20,000 nucleotides of DNA from an uncultured virus (IMG/VR IMGVR_UViG_3300020371_000006) (IMGVR_UViG_3300020371_000006); one strand, 5' to 3'. Positions 9,007 through 16,383 are shown, counted from the stretch's first letter. The notes: generated from the sequence alone by a model not told the origin. Translations and numbers: made by a program.

Positions 9007-11300
9007 ACGTAATCAAAAGGAACGGACAGTCCGAACCTCTCAACCTTGAAAAGGTACATCAAATGGTTGAGTTTGCCTGTGAGGGAGTTGCAGGTGTGTC
9101 AGAATCGGCAATCGAAATGAACTCCAATCTTCAGTTCTTCGATGGCATCAAGTCTTCAGAAATTCAAGAGATCCTTATCAAGTCCGCGAGTGATTTGATC
9201 TCTCTTGATGCTCCTAATTATCAGTTCGTTGCAGCACGTCTTCTACTCTTTAGTATCCGTAAGCAGGTATTTCCTGAGTGGAATACTACTGGTTACCTGC
9301 CACTTAGAGACCACGTGTCAGTATGTGTAGACGCAGGTGTCTATGACAAGAGTATTCTAACTAAATACTCAGACCAGGAGTGGCAGCAACTCGATTCCTT
9401 TATTGATCACGACCGATGCTATGGGTTTACCTATGCTGGTCTTAGACAAATTGTAGACAAATATCTGGTACAAGACCGTAGTACGGGACGCCTCTATGAG
9501 ACGCCTCAGTATATGTACATTATGGTTGCTGCCACACTGTTCCAAGACTACCCACCTCAGACACGTCTGGACTATGTACAGCGATACTACACAGCAACCT
9601 CCAAAGGAAAAATCAACCTCCCAACGCCAGTGCTCGCAGGAGTTCGGACGCCAATGCGTCAATTTGCATCTTGCGTTCTCGTTGATGTTGATGACACCCT
9701 CGATGGTATCTTTAGCAGTGATATGGCTATTGGTCGCTACGTCGCACAACGCGCTGGCATCGGTATCAACGCAGGCAGAATCCGTGGCATCAACGCTAAA
9801 ATCAGAGGCGGAGAGGTACAACACACAGGCGTTGTCCCCTTCCTTAAAAAGTTTGAGGCAACTGTACGATGCTGCACACAAAACGGCATCCGAGGTGGTT
9901 CTGCTACAGTTCACTTTCCTATCTGGCACCAAGAAATAGAAGATATTATTGTCCTCAAGAACAATAAAGGTACTGAGGATAATCGTGTTCGTAAACTTGA
10001 CTATTCTATTCAGATCTCTAAACTGTTCTATGAACGGTTCATTAGAAATGAAGACATCTCACTTTTCTCTCCTCACGACGTACCTGGTCTTTACGATGCT
10101 TTTGGTACTGATGGGTTTGATGCTCTCTACGCCTCGTACGAAGCGGACCCAGGGTGTCCTCGACGCACCATCAATGCTCAAGAACTCTTCCTTAACATAC
10201 TGAAGGAGAGGGCAGAGACTGGTCGTCTGTATATTATGAACATCGACCACTGCAATTCACACTCGTCCTTTAAGGACAAGGTGAATATGTCTAACCTGTG
10301 TCAGGAGATCACTCTTCCTACAGATCCTATCCAACACATCGATGATGATGCTGGTGAGATCGCACTGTGCATTCTGTCTGCTATCAACGTCGGTAAGATT
10401 CGTTCACACAATGAACTGGAAGAACTTTGCGATCTTGCAGTCCGTGGTCTGGAAGAACTGATTGACTATCAGAAGTATCCTGTCGCTGCTGCTGAACGTA
10501 GCACCCTTAGCAGGCGCTCCTTGGGCATCGGATACATCGGTCTAGCACATTACCTTGCCAAGCAAGGATTCAAGTATGACGACCCTGCAGCACTGTCTGA
10601 GGTCCATCGTCTTACTGAGGCATTCCAATACAACCTTCTTGTAGCATCAAATCAACTTGCTAAAGAGAAGGGACAGTGTGATGGTTTCCCTCGTACAAAA
10701 TATGCTGATGGAATTCTTCCAATCGATACATATAAACAGGACGTAGATGAGTTAGCAGCACCAGATTACCAATATGATTGGGAAGCTCTTAGAGAATCTA
10801 TCAAGAAGTACGGACTACGGCACAGCACGTTGTCCGCACAAATGCCTTCGGAGAGCAGCTCCGTTGTGTCAAACGCTACCAATGGAATCGAACCGCCTCG
10901 CGACTACCTGTCCGTTAAGAAATCAAAGAAGGGACCTCTTAAGCAGATTGTTCCTGGATACCCCCATCTAAAATCTAAGTACACATTGCTTTGGGATATG
11001 CCTTCTAACGAGGGATATATCAAGGTCGTGTCTGTGATGCAGAAATTCTTTGATCAAGCAATCTCTGGAAACTGGAGTTACAATCCTGAAAACTATGAAA
11101 ACAACGAGGTACCTAGTTCGGTAATGGCAAATGATCTTCTCACCACATACAAATATGGTTGGAAGACTTCCTATTACCAAAACACATACGACGCTAAAAA
11201 GGATGCTGACATTCCTGAGTCAGTATCTAAAGAACAACTAGATGAATTGATCAACGAACTCTTGGAGGCAGACGAAGACTGTGACAGTTGCAAAGTTTAA
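9003..11300 (+). CDS. nrdA: Ribonucleotide reductase class Ia alpha subunit
   Basis: N-terminal ATP cone (VIKRNG), FASCVL, SNLCQEI, C-terminal CDSCKV; ATG 9003 overlaps the primase stop (ATGA). Confidence 0.97.
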   Translation: MNVIKRNGQSEPLNLEKVHQMVEFACEGVAGVSESAIEMNSNLQFFDGIKSSEIQEILIKSASDLISLDAPNYQFVAARLLLFSIRKQVFPEWNTTGYLPLRDHVSVCVDAGVYDKSILTKYSDQEWQQLDSFIDHDRCYGFTYAGLRQIVDKYLVQDRSTGRLYETPQYMYIMVAATLFQDYPPQTRLDYVQRYYTATSKGKINLPTPVLAGVRTPMRQFASCVLVDVDDTLDGIFSSDMAIGRYVAQRAGIGINAGRIRGINAKIRGGEVQHTGVVPFLKKFEATVRCCTQNGIRGGSATVHFPIWHQEIEDIIVLKNNKGTEDNRVRKLDYSIQISKLFYERFIRNEDISLFSPHDVPGLYDAFGTDGFDALYASYEADPGCPRRTINAQELFLNILKERAETGRLYIMNIDHCNSHSSFKDKVNMSNLCQEITLPTDPIQHIDDDAGEIALCILSAINVGKIRSHNELEELCDLAVRGLEELIDYQKYPVAAAERSTLSRRSLGIGYIGLAHYLAKQGFKYDDPAALSEVHRLTEAFQYNLLVASNQLAKEKGQCDGFPRTKYADGILPIDTYKQDVDELAAPDYQYDWEALRESIKKYGLRHSTLSAQMPSESSSVVSNATNGIEPPRDYLSVKKSKKGPLKQIVPGYPHLKSKYTLLWDMPSNEGYIKVVSVMQKFFDQAISGNWSYNPENYENNEVPSSVMANDLLTTYKYGWKTSYYQNTYDAKKDADIPESVSKEQLDELINELLEADEDCDSCKV

Positions 11301-12462
11301 GATTTCAACTAATAGTAAACCCGTGGATTCAATCACGGTATTCAACCAAACCATACACGATACGAAAAAACAACCTATGTTCTTCGGTCAACCTCTGGGA
11401 GTCCAGAGGTATGATGGCGCGAAGTACCCAGTCTTTGAGAGACTCACAACACAACAACTCGGTTACTTCTGGAGACCTGAAGAGGTTTCTCTCCAGAAAG
11501 ATCGTGCCGACTTCCAAACTCTTACCGATGCACAGAAGCACATCTTCACTTCTAACCTTCGATACCAGATCCTCTTGGATTCTGTACAAGGGCGCGGTCC
11601 TGGGATGGCTTTTATCCCATACTGTTCACTACCTGAACTTGAGTCTGCGATGATTGCCTGGGAGTTTATGGAGATGATCCACTCCCGTTCCTATACTTAC
11701 ATCATCAAGAACGTTTACTCCAATCCTGAGGATGTGTTCGACACTATCCTGGATGACGAGAAGATCATTGCACGTGCTAAGTCTGTGACTGAAGCATATG
11801 ATGATTTCATTAACAGTGCTCATCTCTGGGATACATCTTCCTGGTGGAAAGGTGACTGGAAAGATTCTCCTTCTGCTCAGTGGGAGAAGAAAGATCTTAA
11901 GCGTAAACTGTATCGCGCAGTAATGAATGTGAATATCCTTGAGGGTATTCGTTTCTATGTTTCTTTCGCTTGCTCCTTTGGTTTCGGTGAACTGAAACTG
12001 ATGGAAGGATCTGCAAAGATTATTTCTTTGATCGCACGTGATGAATCACAGCACCTGGTTCTCACCCAGAACATCCTCAACAAGTGGAGAGAGGGTGATG
12101 ATCCTGATATGCTGGAGATCATCAAGGAAGAGGAAGGTAATGTCATCGAGATGTTCAAACGTACCGTTGACGAAGAGAAAGAGTGGGCAGAGTATCTGTT
12201 CAAAGATGGATCTATGATCGGTCTTAATGCTAAACTCTTGGGTCAGTACGTGGAGTGGGTTGCCAATCGCAGAATGAAGGCAATCGGAATTACTCCCCAG
12301 TATGATATTCCTGCTAAGCACAACCCCCTGCCCTGGACAGAGCACTGGTTGAACAGCAAAGGACAACAGAATGCTCCTCAGGAAACTGAGATTGAATCTT
12401 ATGTTGTCGGAGGCATCAAGCAGGATGTCAAGAAAGATACCTTCTCTGGTTTCCAACTCTAA
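11281..12462 (+). CDS. nrdB: Ribonucleotide reductase class Ia beta subunit
   Basis: FWRPEEV, EMIHSRSY, LEGIRFYVSF, RDESQH di-iron motifs; C-terminal PQETEIESY. Confidence 0.97.
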   Translation: MTVAKFKISTNSKPVDSITVFNQTIHDTKKQPMFFGQPLGVQRYDGAKYPVFERLTTQQLGYFWRPEEVSLQKDRADFQTLTDAQKHIFTSNLRYQILLDSVQGRGPGMAFIPYCSLPELESAMIAWEFMEMIHSRSYTYIIKNVYSNPEDVFDTILDDEKIIARAKSVTEAYDDFINSAHLWDTSSWWKGDWKDSPSAQWEKKDLKRKLYRAVMNVNILEGIRFYVSFACSFGFGELKLMEGSAKIISLIARDESQHLVLTQNILNKWREGDDPDMLEIIKEEEGNVIEMFKRTVDEEKEWAEYLFKDGSMIGLNAKLLGQYVEWVANRRMKAIGITPQYDIPAKHNPLPWTEHWLNSKGQQNAPQETEIESYVVGGIKQDVKKDTFSGFQL

Positions 12463-12464
12463 TT

Positions 12465-13064
12465 ATGATTATTGGTAATGTGCCCGAGTCGGTTTCCGAA
12501 CCGATTAGGGCAACTCTTTTGAATAGTTCCTACTTCCCTTGGTATATGATTACCGAGACAACTAGGTACGATCCCACATACAATGACAGCATACCTGATG
12601 AATTGTCTGGAGAAGACCCACAGTTTCAGCACACTGTCTTGAATAATAAAGGTGAGGTTACTTCACAGAGCAGTTACGACTTGGTGGTCGAACCTTTGTG
12701 GAGATATATAGTTACAAATTATGATAATGAGTTGGGTAGTTTTGAAAACTTCCGAAGGATCAAGATCAATCTCTTGACTAAGAAGGAGTCAAAACATATG
12801 TACCACACACCTCACGTGGACTATGATTACCCTCACAAAACTCTTCTATACTATGTGAATGATTCTGATGGACCAACCTATTTCTTTAACGAGAAGTATG
12901 ATGGCACTCGGAAGAAACTGACGATCAAGGAAAAGGTGGAACCCAGACAAGGTAGATTTATTATCTTCGACGGACATCGTTTCCACGCCAGTAGTAACCC
13001 CCAGTATCACGACTATAGATGCGTAGTGAACTTCAACTACATCTCAAATTTCTCAAGCAGTTAA
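12465..13064 (+). CDS. 2OG-Fe(II) oxygenase
   Basis: HVD (HxD) motif, LYYVNDSDGPT, FHASSNP, RCVVNFN. Confidence 0.85.
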   Translation: MIIGNVPESVSEPIRATLLNSSYFPWYMITETTRYDPTYNDSIPDELSGEDPQFQHTVLNNKGEVTSQSSYDLVVEPLWRYIVTNYDNELGSFENFRRIKINLLTKKESKHMYHTPHVDYDYPHKTLLYYVNDSDGPTYFFNEKYDGTRKKLTIKEKVEPRQGRFIIFDGHRFHASSNPQYHDYRCVVNFNYISNFSSS

Positions 13065-13156
13065 AGCGTGAGTTAAAGAGGGATAATGGAGAGCGTTATC
13101 GTTACAAACCGAAACAATCTTCTAAGAAAAAAGGTTCGCGCAAGCACAAAAAGTAG
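13019..13156 (+). CDS. Small basic hypothetical protein (45 aa)
   Basis: Manual translation MRSELQLHLKFLKQLKRELKRDNGERYRYKPKQSSKKKGSRKHKK; fills the gap before the late promoter; not in the ORF track. Confidence 0.45.
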   Translation: MRSELQLHLKFLKQLKRELKRDNGERYRYKPKQSSKKKGSRKHKK

Positions 13157-13175
13157 CGTTTGATACTAAAGGTTG

Positions 13176-13182
13176 CTAAATA
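13176..13182 (+). promoter_or_regulatory. T4-like late promoter (variant) for the riboswitch island
   Basis: CTAAATA, followed by hairpin GTGAAGATG-TTAT-CATTTTCAC (13186-13207). Confidence 0.6.
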
Positions 13183-13208
13183 GAAGTGAAGATGTTATCA
13201 TTTTCACA

Positions 13209-13441
13209 CGTTCATCTTATGTTAGCACTCCTGCTCGCATTGAACCTCGCTCACCACAATGACGGGTCACCCTATGGATGGCATATGTCTTGTGAGAGAT
13301 TCCTCCAACGTCGTGTGGAGATCCAGATGGATAGCAACTTAGACCAACGGTCAAAGTGGAATCTAATTGGATACCTCAAGTCGAAGGTGGAAGGTGAATG
13401 TGATGGGACGTTTACATAGGACGCAAGTAAGTCGCGGAACG
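13209..13441 (+). ncRNA. Glutamine riboswitch-like aptamer 1 (glnA/Downstream-peptide type core) with ORF-containing P2 loop
   Basis: P1 CGTTC(13209-13)/GAACG(13437-41); P2 TCTTATGT(13215-22)/ACATAGGA(13414-21); junction CGCAAGTAAGTCGCG. Confidence 0.75.
13219..13419 (+). CDS. Small protein encoded within P2 of aptamer 1 (66 aa)
   Basis: MLALLLALNLAHHNDGSPYGWHMSCERF...VEGECDGTFT; ATG in the 5' arm and TAG in the 3' arm of P2. Confidence 0.65.
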   Translation: MLALLLALNLAHHNDGSPYGWHMSCERFLQRRVEIQMDSNLDQRSKWNLIGYLKSKVEGECDGTFT

Positions 13442-13444
13442 GAG

Positions 13445-13633
13445 CGTTCATCCCAATGGTTGAATTTTTACTCTATGCAAATATGATGTGTTCTGATGCT
13501 GATGCATTGTTGCTCAGGATCGAAAAGAACAAATCAGAGATGCCCCCAGCAATCGTGCTGGAGTTAGTGGAGACCGTAAAGGAATCTGTACCAGAGTGCC
13601 ACCACTATTGGGACGCAAACGACTAAAGGAACG
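13445..13633 (+). ncRNA. Glutamine riboswitch-like aptamer 2 with ORF-containing P2 loop
   Basis: P1 CGTTC(13445-49)/GAACG(13629-33); 10-bp P2 TCCCAATGGT(13451-60)/ACTATTGGGA(13604-13); junction CGCAAACGACTAAAG. Confidence 0.75.
13456..13626 (+). CDS. Small protein encoded within aptamer 2 (56 aa)
   Basis: Manual translation MVEFLLYANMMCSDADALLLRIEKNKSEMPPAIVLELVETVKESVPECHHYWDAND; GGAG at 13441-44 is a possible RBS. Confidence 0.65.
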   Translation: MVEFLLYANMMCSDADALLLRIEKNKSEMPPAIVLELVETVKESVPECHHYWDAND

Positions 13634-13667
13634 GGCCTAAAAATCCAACTACTTTAGGAGTAATTCA

Positions 13668-13835
13668 ATGAACACACTTACACTGATCAAGAAGCAGATC
13701 CAAAAGCAGTCTGCACTGCACGATGCACAGATCTCTCACACTGCATATCGTGGTGTTGAGTACAACGTGAACTGTGCTGAACATAATGACGTTCACGGTA
13801 CCTTCTGCTACAGAGGGCACGTATATCAGAAGTGA
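13668..13835 (+). CDS. DUF4278-like YRG-motif peptide (55 aa)
   Basis: AGGAG RBS 13656-60; MNTLTLIKKQIQKQSALHDAQISHTAYRGVEYNVNCAEHNDVHGTFCYRGHVYQK has two YRGxxY motifs. Confidence 0.8.
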   Translation: MNTLTLIKKQIQKQSALHDAQISHTAYRGVEYNVNCAEHNDVHGTFCYRGHVYQK

Positions 13836-13839
13836 GGCA

Positions 13840-14010
13840 ATGAGAGAAAATTATCAGTATCATTACGATGATATGGATAAAGATTCTCGACCTCCTTCTT
13901 GCTATCAACTAACTTACCGTGGTGTTAATTACTGGTCCTGCTATCGAATCCATTTGAAGGACTATTTTGAGCAGTTGCTCACGGTAGAACCTCAATACAA
14001 TCGGAAATAA
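13840..14010 (+). CDS. Second YRG-motif (DUF4278-like) peptide (56 aa)
   Basis: GAGG RBS 13834-37; MRENYQ...CYQLTYRGVNYWSC...; ATG 13840 is preferred over the track start. Confidence 0.7.
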   Translation: MRENYQYHYDDMDKDSRPPSCYQLTYRGVNYWSCYRIHLKDYFEQLLTVEPQYNRK

Positions 14011-14033
14011 AGCACCCACACGGGTGCTTTTTT
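14009..14033 (+). terminator. Rho-independent terminator
   Basis: AAAGCACCC-ACAC-GGGTGCTTT followed by further Ts. Confidence 0.85.
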
Positions 14034-14035
14034 CT

Positions 14036-14052
14036 TGCTATAATACTAAATA
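14036..14052 (+). promoter_or_regulatory. Adjacent extended -10 and late-type promoter for talC
   Basis: TGCTATAAT (14036-44) followed by CTAAATA (14046-52). Confidence 0.6.
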
Positions 14053-14076
14053 GCAGTGCAACAACAGGAGGTCCAA

Positions 14077-14745
14077 ATGAAAATCTTTTTAGATTGCTCT
14101 GACCCAGATTTGATTGCGTATGCTGTTGAGACAGGTCTTGTGGATGGTGTAACAACCAACCCGAGTCTAATGCGTAAAGCTGGACAAAATCCGCGAGACG
14201 TGATAGAAAGGATCTGTGATTTATTTCCTTGGGACGCCTCTATCTCAGCAGAGGTAGTGGGCGATACTGCCGAGGAGATGTTGGAAATGGCAACTGACTA
14301 CTACCAGATTGCTCCCAACATTACAATTAAATTACCCTGCAACAGAGAAGGACTCATTGCTTGTGGTGATCTCAGCGGCGACGGGATTCCAACCAATGTC
14401 ACACTAATCTTCTCTGCCGCCCAGGCGATTCTCGCCGCCAAAGCAGGCGCTACTTACGTGTCACCATTCGTTGGTCGTGTCTACGATCAATACTGGGATG
14501 GTATGGATTTAATTAAACAAATTGATGAAATCTATGACAAACACGAAGTTGAAACAGAAATCCTTGCAGCTAGCATTAGGAATCCAATCGAAGTACCGAA
14601 TGCATTCCGAATGGGCGCTGATGTGGTTACTATGCCGATAGACATCTTTAGTAAACTGTACGATCACGTTCTAACAAAACAGGGATTGGACAAGTTTAAT
14701 GAAGACTGGTCACAACTGATGATGGAGATTCATTCGGATGAGTAG
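14077..14745 (+). CDS. talC: Transaldolase (TalC/FSA family), auxiliary metabolic gene
   Basis: MKIFLD, GVTTNPSL, ITIKLP (Schiff-base Lys), NVTLIFS, YVSPFVGR, ILAASIR; AGGAGG RBS. Confidence 0.95.
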   Translation: MKIFLDCSDPDLIAYAVETGLVDGVTTNPSLMRKAGQNPRDVIERICDLFPWDASISAEVVGDTAEEMLEMATDYYQIAPNITIKLPCNREGLIACGDLSGDGIPTNVTLIFSAAQAILAAKAGATYVSPFVGRVYDQYWDGMDLIKQIDEIYDKHEVETEILAASIRNPIEVPNAFRMGADVVTMPIDIFSKLYDHVLTKQGLDKFNEDWSQLMMEIHSDE

Positions 14746-14947
14746 GACTTGGCGGGTACCCTATCAATATGATGGTGGTACCCACTTTATTGATGTACAA
14801 ACTACATTTCCCTGGGAAGTGAAAGGTCTTGCGGATCGTATCCTCAGAACTGAGGAGGGTATTCGTGCGACTTTTACTGAGGGTATGTTTGATCTAATTG
14901 AACTTGACTCTAATGGAAAAGAAAAAACTAAAGAAGATCATTCGTGA
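14738..14947 (+). CDS. Hypothetical protein
   Basis: 69 aa ORF overlapping the talC stop. Confidence 0.6.
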   Translation: MSRTWRVPYQYDGGTHFIDVQTTFPWEVKGLADRILRTEEGIRATFTEGMFDLIELDSNGKEKTKEDHS

Positions 14948-15074
14948 TCTGAAATCTGTTCTTGCAGATTTGGAATCTGAAGTATATTCAGATCCTTCTA
15001 AATACCTAGAGCAGGACTCGAACTTCGGGTTCAAAGTGATAGGTACTAATGATGACGACGGAGACCCCGATTGA
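14913..15074 (+). CDS. Small hypothetical protein (53 aa)
   Basis: Manual translation MEKKKLKKIIRDLKSVLADLESEVYSDPSKYLEQDSNFGFKVIGTNDDDGDPD; fills the gap before the nuclease. Confidence 0.65.
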   Translation: MEKKKLKKIIRDLKSVLADLESEVYSDPSKYLEQDSNFGFKVIGTNDDDGDPD

Positions 15075-15477
15075 TTATGAGAACCCCTGGATTTTTAACG
15101 GACACCCTTTTCTATCTGAGGACATTAACGACTATTTCGGTTTTGTCTATCGGATTACAAACTTACAGTCTGACAGAGCGTACATCGGACGTAAATACTT
15201 CTGGCAGTATCGAAAGCCTAGAGGTAAATCTAGGAGAGTTAAGTCTGAAAGCGACTGGAAGAAATACTACGGAAGCTCTGACGAACTTAATCAGGAGCGC
15301 AAACGGATTGGGAATGATGCCTTTAGAAGGGAGATCCTTTATCTCTGCACCACAAAGGGAAGAACAAATTATGAGGAGACACGACAACTCTTTCTCCACA
15401 ATGTCCTTGCTGAAGACCGATACTACAACTCCAACATCCTAGGGAGGTACTACCGAAAAGATTTTCACGACGCTTGA
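15049..15477 (+). CDS. GIY-YIG nuclease, T4 endonuclease II-like
   Basis: GFVYRITN...YIGRK motif, ESDWKKYYGSS, YYNSNI. Confidence 0.75.
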   Translation: MMTTETPIDYENPWIFNGHPFLSEDINDYFGFVYRITNLQSDRAYIGRKYFWQYRKPRGKSRRVKSESDWKKYYGSSDELNQERKRIGNDAFRREILYLCTTKGRTNYEETRQLFLHNVLAEDRYYNSNILGRYYRKDFHDA

Positions 15478-15503
15478 CAATGGGGTCTGATCGCATATAT
15501 ACT
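15474..15503 (+). promoter_or_regulatory. Sigma70-type promoter
   Basis: TTGACA (15474-79), 18 nt spacer, TATACT (15498-503). Confidence 0.6.
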
Positions 15504-15533
15504 ATGCAAGTTGTTCGGACCCAGTTCAGAAAG

Positions 15534-15695
15534 ATGACCCGCGATTGGAACTATGACGATTTCAATGACGACCAGTCTTTCCTCTCCTCTACACTGGAAC
15601 TTATGGTAGACAAATTGCATCAGTATGTTGAAGACAATGAACTCGTCCAAGCAGAAGACGTAGCACAACGCATCAGAGACCTGACTCTGGACTAA
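15534..15695 (+). CDS. Small acidic hypothetical protein
   Basis: MTRDWNYDDFNDDQ...; start chosen downstream of the promoter. Confidence 0.55.
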   Translation: MTRDWNYDDFNDDQSFLSSTLELMVDKLHQYVEDNELVQAEDVAQRIRDLTLD

Positions 15696-15702
15696 CAGAC
15701 CT

Positions 15703-15776
15703 GGGCTAGTAGCTCAGTGGAATAGAGCAACTGCCTTCTAAGCAGTCGGTCGTAGGTTCGAGTCCTACCTAGCTCG
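15703..15776 (+). tRNA. tRNA-Arg (anticodon UCU)
   Basis: Acceptor GGGCTAG/CTAGCTC, D arm GCTC/GAGC, anticodon arm ACTGC-CTTCTAA-GCAGT, T arm GTAGG-TTCGAGT-CCTAC; CCA not encoded. Confidence 0.95.
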
Positions 15777-15818
15777 TTCCCTTCGGGGAAATGTAAAGTC
15801 TAGAACGAGGTATCTCTT

Positions 15819-16019
15819 ATGCCTGTTAAGAAGTCTGATCTCTCTTATTTGAGAGATGTTGTCAACGGCGACGTTGCCCTGGATACTGAGAATCCACCAC
15901 TGTTTTCTCGTCTCTTCAGATGGTATGAAACACACGGTGTTGATTTCTACGGTTCAAATCCAGATGAGAATTACGCCATTCTCATAGATCATCTCGCTCT
16001 GGACATTGGTTTTGGTTGA
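15819..16019 (+). CDS. Hypothetical protein
   Basis: 66 aa ORF with GAGG RBS. Confidence 0.7.
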   Translation: MPVKKSDLSYLRDVVNGDVALDTENPPLFSRLFRWYETHGVDFYGSNPDENYAILIDHLALDIGFG

Positions 16020-16064
16020 GACCTAATTCAACCTGGTGGAGCCAGTTGTACAACTGACCCTTTT

Positions 16065-16087
16065 GACCCCCGCAAGGGGGTCTTTTT
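16065..16087 (+). terminator. Rho-independent terminator-like hairpin
   Basis: GACCCCC-GCAA-GGGGGTC followed by TTTTT. Confidence 0.7.
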
Positions 16088-16119
16088 ATGTGTATAATAT
16101 ATGGGAACCAAACAAACCA

Positions 16120-16356
16120 ATGGACGTAATTCTCGAACGCTTTCCTTACCGCTATGTGCAGTGCGGTCTCTTAGAAATCAATGGTATGCCTGACTATCGT
16201 ATCCAGAAGTACGATGAGTACAGTAAGCGGTACCGTGATATGTACTACCTCGACAATGGTATGCAACTGGACACTGCTCTTGAGGACCCCGAGTACACTA
16301 AGTGGTTAGACCCCGCAGGAGTACCGTGTTATGTAAGGGACACAGTAACTGCTTGA
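16120..16356 (+). CDS. Conserved cyanophage hypothetical protein (78 aa)
   Basis: MDVILERFPYRYVQCG...PDYRIQK...EDPEYTKWLDP; TATAAT at 16093-98 upstream. Confidence 0.75.
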   Translation: MDVILERFPYRYVQCGLLEINGMPDYRIQKYDEYSKRYRDMYYLDNGMQLDTALEDPEYTKWLDPAGVPCYVRDTVTA

Positions 16357-16383
16357 CAAAGTTGTTACATTACTATATAATTA
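16353..16383 (+). promoter_or_regulatory. Probable promoter of the hli cluster
   Basis: TTGACA (16353-58) and AT-rich TATATAATT region about 17 nt downstream. Confidence 0.55.

Noticed and set aside
9003..12462. Intron or intein in nrdA/nrdB
   Set aside because: Both ORFs are continuous and of normal length; the Trp-rich nrdB segment is a short insert without intein motifs.
13186..13218. GTG start at 13186 given by the ORF track
   Set aside because: It lies at the predicted transcription start inside a hairpin with no room for an RBS; ATG 13219 parallels the position of ATG 13456 in the second unit. Leaderless use cannot be fully excluded.
13209..13633. Repeats GGACGCAA, GGAACGG and CGTTCATC read as a CRISPR array, attC sites or intron ends
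   Set aside because: Only two units with spacers over 140 nt, no cas or integrase genes and no group I/II core; a riboswitch core explains them better.
13774..13839. N-terminal extension of ORF 13774-14010
   Set aside because: It overlaps the better supported YRG peptide 13668-13835; ATG 13840 has its own GAGG RBS.
15071..15442. 123-aa alternative-frame ORF
   Set aside because: Fully nested in the GIY-YIG nuclease gene with no motif support.
15049..15477. Homing endonuclease or mobile element
   Set aside because: A short stand-alone catalytic domain with no C-terminal DNA-binding repeats; fits an endonuclease II-like core gene.
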